In this document: positions 37,101 through 50,330 of the stretch, piece after piece | Numbering within the stretch: the first letter of the stretch is position 1 | How the letters are laid out: each line of letters starts with the position of its first letter | Assembly: GCA_964036045.1 (NCBI GenBank) | Contig: OZ038379.1 | Coordinates: 67,456,001 to 67,520,000, forward strand | Reading direction: 5' to 3' | Origin: Eutreptiella sp. 'Long Island Sound 2002' | Taxonomy: Eukaryota; Protista; Euglenida | Length of the DNA stretch: 64,000 bases | The notes under the pieces: model-generated | What the model was told of the DNA's origin: nothing | The model's database searches: none | The model's input: only the letters and a program-made list of their open reading frames with translations | Program-made: the position numbers and the translations under genes

Positions 37101-39517
37101 CATATAAATAGGAGAACTAACGTGTTGAGCACTGTGATGTTTTGTCCGTTGCCGATGTGGAGCCAAGGGTGGCATCCATGATGATCTAGATCAAACAACG
37201 TCCTAATATGCTCGATACCTCCACATGCTTGTCAATTGCTTTGCCACCACTCCACGGTTGTGGCACCAAACGATCCCACTACTTGTCTCACGGCCGGCTA
37301 CCACGTTGGATGGGTGCACTGCGTGCAACGGGTGGAAGATGCAGAGACCAAAAAAGCACACACCATAATGTTCAATTGCCAATGTGTTACCTTGGACATC
37401 CAAACTAGTGACTAGAGGATTGGTCGGACACAAAAGAAGAATAAGAACTAGGAAAACCAAAGGGTCTTTCAAATTGTGGCGCACATGCGGAAGAGCGACT
37501 GCTTTGTGGATTTCTCCACAGCGACGTGTGCGAAACACGCGCCACACGCACAACGCTTGTGTCGTCCCCAACACGCTCAAAATTGAGCATGCACGACGAG
37601 CCAAATGCGCATGGCGTCTTCATTTGGCGCAAAATACGCTTGTGAAACGAATATGCAGAGCCCGCATATAACACACAATCATGCCGGTTCATTTTGCTCC
37701 AACGAATGTGTGAAGTCTACTATGGCGACCTATCATGTTGGCACCTTCATGTATGGGTCTTCGGGTGGACATTTTGATAGTGGTGAAAACGGTGGAGGTT
37801 GTGCAACTTGCGACTCGCCGCAGTGTGCCACTAGACATCAACATACACTATCATTTGTGCAAGATGCATGTGTGCACTACAGAAGGTGGGACATGCAACA
37901 ATTTTTGCGCACCCATACTCTATGGTATGATAGTATAGCGGTTAACAATTGCTTTCACCCGTTGTTCAGAGTGGGTGAGCACATTTAGAAGGACTTCACG
38001 GCAGATGAGAATGGGTACACCAAACAGGCACCGCTACACATGGAAAAGAGTGAACTAGGGTTGCTTTTGGCACCCAAAGAGTGACATCTCATTGTGGATG
38101 GTTGTCGGTGAGGCACCACAGAAATGCGCGGGGGATATGCACAATTTGCTAGGCCAATTGCATTAGATTCTGGTAGCCATCACTGACCCACGGCTACCTA
38201 CTTGCATTACACTTGCCTTGAGGCGGGAGTTTAAACTTTTTTGTTGGACACAATGCACCAAAATCCCCCCCCCCCCCCAAACACCACGCGCCCTTCATTA
38301 TTGTAGGTAAACGCACGGTGGAGGGCGTGTCCGGGGCACGAAAAAAATTTGCGCAAAGGTGCCTACCGCGACGCATGTCCCCCGCAAACCCCCAAAGAAT
38401 AAATCTTTTTCGGTGGGGGCTTTGTTGAACCCTAGCATGCGAGCGTCCCGTCTTGGCGTGCAAAGCCGCTCGCAAAGATTTTTGTGCCCTTTTGCGGAGG
38501 CTACATGCCATGGCCAGGCTTGGGCAATCACATGCCCCCGATGCTGGGGCCAACTCATGGAGTGTTGGGTTCCCAACCCTTGAGCCCCCCAGTGTCACAC
38601 TCTAAACGCCCCCCCCCCTCCTTGCTCCACAACCCACACAGAAGTTTAGTGCACATTTGTGGAAGCTGCCTCGGCTCCCATGGCTAGGCGTGGGCTCCAC
38701 ACGACCCCGATCCTCGGGGCCACTCAAAGAGCACCGAAATCCAACACGCCCGGGCCCGCCGCCATTCCCACTGCCCCCTTCTCTCTGTTCCTTTTGTCCA
38801 CTATCGTCGCCAACTTCTTTCCCCTATCCTTGGCGGTGGGCCTTGTAGGTTCCCTCCTACCCCTTGCTCTATTGCCTCCCCTCCTTCCTTTTTGTTTGCC
38901 AGGCCATGTGGCCACCATTCCTCCGTGTCCTCACAGTCACAGTCACTTGGCCCGTTTGCCTCCTTGTCTATATCTTATCCTGGTGAGCCGGTCATGTCGT
39001 GTGCAAAATTTGTTCAGACTACAAAGGCATATTGTTCTCGTTCCCCGTCCTCCCTTTCCACCTCTCGTCACCTCCTAATCGGTGTGGGTGTTGGGGTTGG
39101 AACCACCGGGTGGTGCGTGCATTGGCTGTTTTAGCAATACAACAAAAGCACACACACAAGAACAAGAGAAAACAGACAAAAAACTCGTTAGTGCGTTGCA
39201 TCCCGGTGGGGAGGTGCCACCAGGGCCCGGAAACAGGCAATAGACTCCCTCATAGCATCATGTGTGGGAAGGGTGGGCTGCAGACTCAAATGCAAAAAAA
39301 TGCACTGTGGCAAAAACTCACGCAGGCAGACTGCACGCACACACTTAAACACACAACGAATAGAGCTAAACCATAGCTCAGAAGGTGAGCTGAATTTTAG
39401 CAATACCACGAAAGCACATAAGGCAAAAGTGGAGAAAGTAGACAAACAACTCATCAGTGTGTAGCATTGCAGTGGGGCTTATTCATGGAGAAATTCTTAA
39501 TCCCCATGCACACCAAT
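34197..39517. repeat. ~5.3-kb quasi-palindrome (two ~2.6-kb inverted arms) centred at ~36845
   Basis: Near-identical ORF pairs on opposite strands: 34258+/39188-, 34570-/38659+, 35720-/37605+, 36510-/36906+. Small indels lie between the arms. Confidence 0.95.
36797..36894. mobile_element. 98-bp mini TIR element (TTAGGCC family) at the palindrome centre
   Basis: CCCTTAGGCCATGCTAACCACCCGCCCCTTAC, a ~34-nt loop, then GTAAGGGGCGGGTAGTTAGCGTGGCCTAAGGG. The loop start matches the internal sequence of the copy at 11262. Confidence 0.8.
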
Positions 39518-39537
39518 GCGACGCCACACAATCGGTA

Positions 39538-41252
39538 CACTTAGGCCACGCTAACTGCCCACCCCCCTACCCACAGGCTGGGCTCCGCGGGGCCATACTG
39601 TACCCCCCCCCAAAAAAAAATAGGGTATGAATTCTGCACCTAGGGGACCCCTTGCACGTGGTAGGAAAAAATGAGTACCTCTATTTAACTAAAATGCTAT
39701 TCTCATGTAATCACACCCCTGCATATTGGAAAATTAAAGGAAGAAAGAAGGTTTCCGGAACGAACCTTTCCACTGTTACACACAAATGTATCATCCACCG
39801 AGGCGATGCAGTGCAAGAAGTAGGGTAGAACACACTTGGGAAAGGTTGATGCACCATGTGTGTGCCCAATAACTATCAATTGACAGTCACTCAAATTCAT
39901 GCATCATAATCGAGGTCTCTATTTGCCATTGTTGAGACCCCTGGGCGAAATTTCTTCCAACTTTACAAAAATGTAAAGACTAAACGTGTATTCCGGGAAA
40001 TTCCTGAACCTAGGCGAACTTTCTTCCAGCTGTAGTAAAACACAAAAAAACAATGCGCAAAACGTCAATAGTATCTGCAAAGACAGAATGACATTCATAC
40101 GTGTAAGAGGGAAAACATACCACACACACCATTGTCACTCTAGCGCCACTTCGTCAGGCGAGGTGCCTTTGGTTTGGCACCCTTACCAATAAGCTGCCCA
40201 CCATTTGCTTGTGGTGCCTGGTCACTAGGCATCCCACTGTTAGCACCACCAGTGGCACCACATCCATTCTGTGTCTCCTGGGACGGTGTGAAATGGGCTG
40301 CAAACGTCCCCCCCCCCCCCCCCCAAATTCAGCTGGCAAGCAGTGGGACGGCACACCCGCCAAGGCCAAAAAGTCAAAGGCTAGAGCAAGCCCCTCACAG
40401 CAAAGCCCCCAGCCTGGATCAAAGCCTCCACCCAACAAGGCGTTGGGCACGTTTGCAGCCCATTTCACACCGTCCCAGGAGACACAGAATGGACGTGGTG
40501 CCATTGGTGGTGCTAACAGTGAGATGCCTAGTGACCAGGCACCACACAAAAAAACAATGCCCAAAACGTCAATAGTATCTGCAGAGACAACGCAGAATGA
40601 CATTCAGACGTGTAATAGGGAAAACATACAACACACACCATTGTCACAGTAGCGCCACTTTCTCAGGCCAGGTGCCTTTGGTTTGGCACCCTTACCAATA
40701 AGCTGCCCACCATTTGCTTGTTACTACAGCTGGAAAAAAGTTCGCCTAGGTTCAGGTATTTCCCGGAATACACGTTTAGTTTTTACATTTTTGTAAAGTT
40801 GGAAGAAATTTCGCCCAGAGGTCTCAACAATGGCAAATAGAGACCTCGATTATGATGCATGAATTTGAGTGAGTGTCAATTGACAGTTATTGGGCACACC
40901 AATGGTGCATCAACCATTGCCAAGTGTGTTCTACCCTACTTCTTGCACTGCATCGCCTCGGTGGATGATACGTTTGTGTCTAACAATGGAAAGGTTCGTT
41001 GTATTCCGGAAACCCTCTTTTTTCCTCTGCTTTTCCAATATGCATGCATGCTTCTTGTGTTTTGACAACTGGGGTGTGGTTACATGAGAATAGCATTTTA
41101 GTTAAATAGAGATACTCATTTTTTCTTACCACGTGCAAGGGGTCCCCCAGGTGCAGAATTCATACGCTATTTTTTTGGGGTGTGGGGTACAGTATGGCCT
41201 CGCGGAGCCTAGCCTGTGGGTAGGGGGGTGGGCAGTTAGCGTGGCCTAAGTG
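39538..41252. mobile_element. Foldback-like non-autonomous element (TTAGGCC family) with ~500-bp inverted arms
   Basis: Arm 39538-40038 is the reverse complement of 40722-41252. The interior is a direct repeat X (40041-40212, 40545-40721) around an inverted pair Y (40211-40307, 40449-40545). Confidence 0.9.
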
Positions 41253-42687
41253 TACCGATTGTGTGGCGTCGCATTGGCGTTCATGGGGGTGCACGGCAAC
41301 AATTTTTAAATCCACCATTCGTTCAAAAAATTTGCAGAGCAAGGAAACGGACACAGGACACTATGCAAAAATGGGGACATTCAAGCCCCAAGGAGACCCC
41401 ATCTTCTTTGTCCCGCTTTGGGGCAAAACATGGTGAATGAGTAGAGGAAGGAACAGGGCACACTTGCCGGTGGCTACTGGTCCCCGCAGTTGCTACCCGT
41501 GGCTCTCAAGTCGCAGGGTTCCAACACCCCTTTTCTCATGCTCGACACTAAGCTCAACACACGGCACAGGTCAACACATAGGAAGACACATGGAACCGCG
41601 ATGGTCCCCATCGCCCACCTGAAAGGCATAGGAATGCGACACAAACAAGAGCAGACGCCCGACACATGCAAAGTACTTTGGAGGGCAATTTAGGTCATGT
41701 GAGGCACACAACACGCCCGGGATATGAGTTCTAACGAACTTTGACCCCAACAGCAACGCAACCACAAGAAACCAACTATAAAAATGGGTCACCTAGCCTC
41801 AAAAACCCCCACAACCACCATCCCCTCACCCGCAACATGGGGGACTGACAACAACGTAGAGAGCCATTGTGAATACACATGTCTCACGACAAATGTGATT
41901 TCGAAATGGTATATATGTTCACTTATTTACTCCATGTTTTTTGAATGAAAAAGGGATGTCATGTTTTGAGAAGAATTGATTCAATTTCTCGAGCTAGGAT
42001 AACCAATGCATGAGTAGATCGGGCTTTTGTTGAGCCTCAAGACAAAACCACCTTTGCCACAATTGAACCAAAGACATGTTGGTATGCAAATTTTACCATG
42101 GGAGAGTTACACCGTGGACAACAAAGACATGGACAAAGACCAAAGATGATGGGTAGTGCCCCGTGCGTGATGATGTGAAGTGCGGACATGCAAACAAGGG
42201 TGTCTCGGTGGAGAATGAGGTTGCGATGTTCGTATGATCGCAAAAAAGAAATCAATACTTCAACTTTCTTGGTATGTATTTCGCACATTCATACATGAAG
42301 CAACAAATGCCCATGCCCTTTCCAACCCGTCAAGCCACGGGGGGGTTAACCCGGCCCGTTCCTTGTATGCGAACCCCCCCCAGCCCCCCCCCCCCTCGGG
42401 TTTTGAGAGATAGTGGGCTGGGGACATGGCGCCAACGGCGCCCCCTTTTTCCCGCATGGCGCAAACGGCGCCCCGTTTTTTAGTGTGAGCGCCAGATTTC
42501 ACAAGACGAGGCGCTATACAAATGTCGTTTGTTTCGAGGTGCTTTTAGCGCGGATTGGCAAGACGGGGCGCTATACAAATGGTTTGTGGCCACCTGAAGA
42601 TCCTGCATTCGGAGCAAAACCCCGGCCCGAGTGAGGCGCCAATTTCTTTCTGGGGCCAGCAGATTCGTTCAATCTTTCTTTCTCCTT

Positions 42688-43106
42688 CCCACGCTTTGTT
42701 GCGTGGCCCCTCGAGTTGGGGTTAGGGACTCACAATCCACGCTTCGGTGTGGCCCTCGAGTTGGGGTTAGGGACTCACAATCCACGCTTTGTTGTGTGGC
42801 CCCTCGAGTTGGGGTTAGCGACTCACAATCCACGCTTTTTTGCGTTGCCCCTCGAGTTGGGGTTAGGGACTCACAATCCACGCTTCGGTGTGGCCCCTCG
42901 AGTTGGGGTTAGGGACTCACAATCCACGCTTTGTTGCGTGGCCCCTCGAGTTGGGGTTAGCGACTCACAATCGACGCTTTTTTGCGTGGCCCCTCGTGTT
43001 GGGGTTAGGGACTCACAATCCACGCTTTGTTGCATGGCCTCTCGAGTTGGGGTTGGGGACTCACAATCCACCCTTTTTTGCGTGGCCCCTCGAGTTGGGG
43101 TTAGGG
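42688..43106. repeat. Minisatellite, about 9 units of 44-48 bp
   Basis: Unit CCACGCTTTGTTGCGTGGCCCCTCGAGTTGGGGTTAGGGACTCACAAT, with short variants (CCACGCTTCGGTGTGGCC). Confidence 0.95.
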
Positions 43107-46100
43107 CGGCCTCATCTGCACCTGGTGAGGTTGCTTCGTCGTCGTCCAGCTTGCCACCTTTGCGCTTGCCCCAATCAAAGCCTCCTGCCCGCCCGCTCCC
43201 AAGTGAGTCCGAGGCAACGACCTCCGGGGCTGAGCGATCTCGTCCGCTCAAAAGCGTCGGAAAGCGCAAGAAGAAGAGGCGGGACGATGCCCAACGGGAG
43301 CTTCAATCGAAGAGCGCCCGCCCAGACTCCTCCTCCTCCTCCTCAGAGGGGGAGCTTTTCAAGGACCTCTAAGCAGAAGTCCATCCATTTTTTCTTTTAA
43401 CCCCCAACTCTAACCAAGCCTCAAGAATTTTGTCACAAACTAACCGGAGGGCGGGGGGGGGGGGGGAACAAGGGCGGAGGGGGAAGGAGGGCGGGGGGAG
43501 GGGGGCGGAGGGAAACACGGCGATCCTTAACACTTTCTTCTCGGCAAGGACGAGAAAGCGCTATTAGCGCATACATACCTCCGTACCCCCCAACCCCCAG
43601 ACACACAACCCCCTAGGAGGTATGCATGTGGTAGTAGTGGGTCGCGCGCAAGCCCCCCCACCTTGTAAACCCCCCCCCCGGCCGAAATCCCCCTCTACAC
43701 CCCCCCCCCCCCCCGACCCCCCCCCCAGATCCACCCCCCCCCCCCCCGGAGTTTTGACAGATAGCTGGGGGGTGGGTCGCATCAGGACCGGTTGTAGTCA
43801 TCCCCCCCGTGCGTCAAGCATGGTTGAGGTTACACCCAATCATCCCAAGAAGGCTACCCAACCTACCACCTCACCATTCAATATCTTGTTGCTCTTGCAT
43901 AAGACTAAGTAAGAGAGACGCAACGCCAAATAGTCCGGAGCCAATTTTAGGAGCCTAGGAGGCGAGCTTCAATGGTGCAACGAAGCAATAATTAGTGGTT
44001 GATAATGCACGATTTTTCCTCGTTTTTTTTTGTCTCATGTGTGCACCGATGTAAGCACAAAGTAATGTTTCTCATAAATTGAAAGATCTTAAAAAAAGGG
44101 GAAAAAGCACAAAAAAACGGGAAGTGGTGTAAAACACTTTTGTGGCGCAAAAATAGTACCGAAGCAAGATTGAGCATACCTAAACTACCCCTTTAACATT
44201 TGTTTCCCATCAACAAGGCCCATTGCTAGCCTCCATCCCGGCCTTCATTGTTGGATTGGAATTCAAGGGCATGGTACTATTTTTTCATGGATTTTAGTGG
44301 TTGTTTGAGCGCACAAAAATGGGTTTTTGCGTGCACAAAACACTTTTTTGTGTAGGCAAGTGCCCAATTTACTTGATGGCCATTTTTCCATAGGAACACA
44401 AAACAGATCTTTTACACATGCAAAATCAAGACAATGGGCAGCAAAATCAAAGGAAATCATTCCCCCCAATCACAAAGACACAAATAGCCATCGCTACATG
44501 CCATCTGCGCAAGCAGACATCGGACCAATGGTTCTTTTTTTGTTTCTGCATTGTGCTCATTCAACAATGTCACGGCTTTCATGATCAAGTCCAGGTGATA
44601 TTCCACCACTAAATCAAAAAAGTATCCATAAAAACAAGGAATCCCCATCTCTTCATCGCCCTGTTGTACATCACTTTATTCCAATACTCCTAAGCCCTAC
44701 CATGGTTTTGATGGTGGGTCGACATAGGTTGGTAGGCATTGAACCCGGGGCAAACAACCCCCAATCAAGATTGTCATTGGAAAGCACCTCTGCCCGCCGT
44801 TCCCTTTGTGCTCGGTGTGCCCCCCTCAGGCGGAAACCCCCTTTTCTTAACCACCCCCTTGAAACTCTTAATCTCACTCTTCCACGATTGATGGTGGGCC
44901 TCACTTTGGAGTGCAGTGATGTGGACAGGGTCCTCCATTCCGTCTGATGTGGACAGGGTCCTCCGTTCCGTCGCAGTCCCTGACATTTGGTCCTCCCAAA
45001 GACGGGTCCTCACGGTCTCTGTGGTATTTCTCCATTTGGGTTCGAACAAGCCTCAATGCATTGAGCTGGTCCAACCTTTCCTTCTTCCACACGAGATCAC
45101 AAATGAATGCAAACAAGCCACGGTGCCACATAATCAATGACTCCAAGTAAGAACCCAAATACATCGACTTTGCGTGTGTAAAAGCGTTGCTTTGCGTTGT
45201 GAATGAATTGTGGTCTAAACACAGACACCTCCTGTTTGCACGCACCAATCGCCCTTAGGACTAAACAATCAAGGTAGGCTGGGACGCAAAACCCCCTTTT
45301 TACACCCCCCCCAATTGCCTTTTTTTACTCAAACGGTGTTGTTGAACTAGACTCAAAAGTGCCCCATTTACCTACAGGAAATCAAGGAAATGGGCCAACA
45401 ATTCACACCCACCCCGCTGGTCCTTTTTGCAACAGCACACATATATGCCATTTGTGTGGACCAAATGATGGTGCAAGGTGTGTGTTTTTGCTCTTCATGG
45501 CTTTGCATATTGAGACTATATTTTTTTTTTGCCCAGCATAACAAAACACACCTTCACACGTCACTTGCTACCGAATTTCGGTCGAAATGCAAACCGCCTG
45601 TTTTATGTGTGCAATTTTTATTTTACTTTTTACTTAAACATGGAACGAAGGCTTGGAAGCAAAAACTTCTTTTTTATGCGCGCAAAAAGCCTGCATACAG
45701 CACAGAAGTGGGGAGGAGGGGCGGTGAGATGTAAACGTCCCGAAACACATCCATTTCCACCAATTTTCTAGCGTACTGATGCGAATGTGTTGTTTGGATA
45801 TTCTGAGAGTTGGCAAGATGAGCAAATATGCGCTACACAACTTGTTGAATTTGTTACTTGGGTTTTTAGTTAGTTTTTGCGTGAATGATGATTTTGGCCC
45901 GTTATTCGTAGTCAATTGAAATGGCATATGCCTGCACTACAAAGTGGGTGTTTCCAAGTGTGCTAGGAAATTTTTCTGAAGTATAATGTCATTGAAATGT
46001 ATGTTGTCCGTTGTCGAGCGTTTTTTTGTTTTTTTTTTGAATGGTTCCAATGGTTTGGGTAGTTTGGTTGATTTTCAAATGACTATTTTTAACACAATTT

Positions 46101-49100
46101 TGCACACTTTTTTTTGGCACAACTTTGCAGCACGGCGCTAGTCATGCATCTGATTCCACCTTTCTAAGCCTTTCTTTATAAAAATGTTACATGTCAAGCA
46201 TTAAAAGATGAAATGCAAAGAGTGAATTCCATGGAGACAAATGTTTGTACAAAAAAACCATCATGGGGACAATCAAACCGGCACAACTCGTGATCAAATG
46301 GATAACGCGGTTGCACTCCAAAATGGCATTGGTTCCCTTTGCATTCAAATTGGCTCCTTTGCAAAGTTACATTAGTTCGGTGGTGGTAGCCATGATTCTC
46401 AATTGTTCACAATGGAGACGTGAGTCCTATGCAACTGGAGATGACGTCCCACAATTTGCCATGGCTTTGGTGTATTACATTGAGACCGAATTTATGGGGA
46501 TCATTGCATTGATGGCGCAATCTGTTGTTCCTTTATGTTTTGAAGCCTATTGTATGGAAGTTGATTGTTCGAGCTGTGATTAATTCTTCCTAATGCATTT
46601 TCGAAAAAAGCTGCGCAATTCAGATATTTTGGAATTATAGCAAACTACAACGAGACAATTGTGCGATGCTAGGAAAGCAAGAATGGGCAATTCGTCTAGT
46701 TGGCAAATTTTGTGCAAATGAAGTACACGATGCGCTCATCTTCATCTATCCAAGATAGTTTGTATATGGCTATGACTAAGCGTACAACGAAGAGGGATCA
46801 TGTGCTTGTCACTATGACCTTTGGCCTACTTCGCTACTTACTAAAAAGACAATCCGGAAGAAGTACGCATCTGCTAAGGTGCTTGTTGCTTCTTTCATTG
46901 CATCGTAACTACGGGCGTCAATATCCAATTTTTCATGGGTACAAATGCACACCAATGGTTAACTATGCTCAATGTAGGTGAATTTTGTAGCCCAACTGAT
47001 GGGTGCTAACCCATCTGCAATGTATATATTGCTTAGCCATTGGACATATCAAATTGCAACGTGAGGACAAATGTTGATAGGCATACGCATGGTTGCGGCC
47101 GAATGCTGGCCATTTGTGGGGTTGCACTAATGGCATAGCCGCACACACGTGGTTCATCAAGAAAGTAAAATCCTCAAGAGAGAGGATATGACCATGGGCG
47201 CCGTTATACAAATGAACTTGTGCACGACCCGAGAAACAACAAGATAGATGCGGCGGGGACAAATGGCTCCCGCAAGCGGCAAGTTGTTTAAACCCTTTCC
47301 CCACCCATCTTCTTTCGTTTTGAGGCTCACGTCTTGGTGCCCCGACGTGGTAACGCGGGAAGGGTGGCGGGGGGGTGGGGTTGGGGGGGGGCTTTGCAGC
47401 CTGTGCACACGGCGTGCCACTAATGCAGCGAGGATACCTCGAACGTCCTAAATTTCATAACTTCATGAGCCATGCGCCACCCAATGGCCGTGCTCTCGGC
47501 GTGCATGAAGGTGCAAATTGCGGCACGTCGAGATACAGGCGCGGGCCCCTTGGTGCTTGCGGCGGCGTGTAGATGTACTCCGGGTGCCCGCTGGGGCTGC
47601 CTGTGGCTGCAGCTAGCAGATGGGCACCTGCTTGTGCACCTAGTCGGATGACACGGGGGTTCCTATGGGAGCCTCTCTTCATGGAAGCCATTGTGCGATG
47701 GGCCACGAGTGGCACGTGGTTCAGAGGCTAGGGGCAGGTCACGCAGGTGGAGATGGCCTTGGGCTTTGAGGCCCACGCGGGCAAAGCGTTACCCGCGCCT
47801 GGGAACCACCGTTTGTGTGCGGTCACACTTCCCGCGTGCACAGGGGGACAAGTGGTGAAGCAGCGGCTGGACCGGTCGCTTGCCGAAGTGCAACGCCCGC
47901 CTCTCCATGGAAAAGAGGTGTGGATGGCAAAGTCCCTCTTTCCCAGATGTGGATTACGCTGCGTGGGTCGTACAAAGCGGCCTGGCGGCGGTGCTCTTTT
48001 AAATGAGGAAGCTGGAGGACCATGTAGTGTTGGTCGGCGTGCATACATCTCCTAGCGTGCCACAGAGGGGTCAGCAAGCCTACTTTTTGCTAGACTATTT
48101 CGCACCAGCAGGCCCAGGCATTGCGCTCGTGCGCCCCTACATGCTCCTACCCCTAGGCAGGTGGCGAAAGACCGCCATGAAGGGGGATTGCGGCACTCAC
48201 ATTGGCGGACGGGGTGGAACCAGGTGTAGGGCTCTGTGCAAGGCAACCACAAACAACGGGGGGTAACAAGGGCACGGGCATCAGCGTGCTCCTTGCGGGC
48301 ATGGGTGCAACCGACCCTACCGAGCGTGGACGTCTAGCCGCCAAATGCGCAAGCACGAGCGGTACGTTGGGCCACGAGGAGGACCAATGCACTTGCACTT
48401 GCACCATGCACTTGCAGCACTGTAGCTGCTCGCGCCAGGCGTTATGGTGTCGTGGATTGCTCACGCACCCGCTTGTTCCGTAGCTTAAGCTGCTAGCATC
48501 AGGTTCGCGCTCTTGGTGGTACGGTCCCAGGGTCATCACCGTCTTGTGTTCATGCTCGGCTGAGCACATGCAGCCGCTGTTGCGGAGGCAGCGCCGCCGC
48601 TGAGTTTGGTGTTAGGGCCGCCCCCTCCCCCCCTCCGCCATCGGCTCCAAGAAGGGGGCACATAGCCTGAATACATTGAGGTTGCTACGGTCCGATTGGC
48701 AGTTTGGGGCGTTGGCGGGCGCGACCCCCCCTCTCCCTCTCAGTGGGGGAATGCAGCAAGCACGACAGGGAGCTGAGCCCCCGCAGAAAGTCATGGGGAG
48801 CCCCCCCCCCCCCCCCGGCTCCCTCCACACTGACAGCCGTTTTTTGGCAGCTAACGGGGGCCTTGGCGTCAACACGACCAACGCTGCTTGAACCATTCCC
48901 CACCAACTCCCTCATCCTCTCCTGCCCCCCCTTGCTGGAGGCAGCAGCAGAGGAGGCCGCGCCGCGAGAGCCTCGGTGCTGGCCAACGGCGCACTGCAAT
49001 GCCCCCCCCCCCCCCCCGCGCCCACGGGCAAAGCAGGTGGCGTTAAGCGGGCTAGGGCAGCAACACCCCATTCTCATTTTGTGTGGCGCGCACATAGCTC

Positions 49101-49979
49101 CCGTGTGATGTGACAATGTGACAAGGGCAAAGGGGGGTGTGGCACTGCTGCTCCCGGAGCCACGAGGGTCACCCTCGATTGGCGGTGGTGTTGGGGGGTG
49201 CGTGGTGCATGCTCTTCGGGAGAGGAGGACTATCCGGCCCTTACTCCCTTGCAGGGCGGGGGGTGTGATGAAGAGATGGCCTCATATAAGCTAGGCGCAG
49301 ATTCGTCATCCACCGGCTGCACGGGGAACGTGTACCGGGGCCATGGGATGGCAAAAGGGGAAGATACTTTATCTCGGTGCCCCTTGTCCTGTTCTTCCGT
49401 CACATCAGGTGACCACCACGGGGGGGAGTCCTAGGGGCGAGGGCTTAGGCTAACCCCCTAACCATATCCCACAAGCCCATCCTCACCTCAGAGCGTCCAG
49501 GACAGTAATAGCCACATGCCCTCCTGGAAGGTGCAGCACACACACTGTGGTACGTGTTGCATTACTTCCACGACGTGCTCACGACAAATCTGAAAGCAAA
49601 TATATGAAATAGTTTGCCATGCACGATGGTGTCACAAACCTAGAGGGTGGCCCCACTGGGCTTCCAAAAACTTGCTTGACCAACAAAGCCGCCAAGATCA
49701 ATTTGTGCCTGTGCTTGATTTCTAAGGCCTCTTGGGCCAATATTTGATGGGTGTCCACTCGTGGGGCCACACCGCCTTTGGCTAATGGGAGTGCTTAATG
49801 GGTGCCACACGCTTCGCAAAGGGTAGGGCATGCCAAAGGGCTTGGGAAGAAGGGGGGTGAAGGCGGTGGTGCTGGGGTTACAACCGGTGGCGGAGGCTAA
49901 TGGAGATGGACCATGAGCGCAAGCCAAGTTGTGGTGGGTGCCAGATACATGCCGTACTTGTGGTACATCAACCAGTAAA

Positions 49980-50330
49980 CATCATCTTGCTCCGACTGGG
50001 CGACCAAAGCCGTTGGCAGGACACCATGGGCTCAATGGGCTCCGATTGGAACCGCGGCCATGCCCAAGGGAGCGCCAGCATGGGCAGCAAAGCCGCCTCC
50101 ACGAGCAGCAACGGCACCCACAATGCCGGCTGCGCATGCCAGCGCGGACATTCCCGGAGCGGATGCGTCTCTTTCTTTGGGGGGGCCAGCACAATACAGG
50201 ATGTTGTGCACCCGTTCGCGCTCTGCTAGCGATGGCTCTGTCTCTGTGGAGGCAATTGTGAGCCCGTAGGCACAGTCCTTTGTGTAACACTCTCAAGCCC
50301 ATATACGCTCGTCCAACATGAAAATTTTGT
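49980..50330 (-). pseudogene. Possible non-LTR (L1-like) C-terminal zinc-finger remnant
   Basis: With a frameshift it reads RVLHKGL/PTGSQLP..KETHPLRECPRW, which resembles the zf-RVT pattern WxxLHxxLPTxxRL..ETxxHxxxEC. Very decayed. Confidence 0.25.

Noticed and set aside
42688-43106. CRISPR-like array
   Set aside because: The repeats are contiguous with no unique spacers, there are no cas genes, and the context is eukaryotic.
43441-43750. G-run and C-run blocks as functional G-quadruplex elements
   Set aside because: Long G/C homopolymers occur throughout the window and their lengths may be sequencing-dependent. There is no specific evidence of function.
44600-47200. AT-richer region with short ORFs as a host gene or transposase
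   Set aside because: Multiple stops in all frames and no motif I can support.
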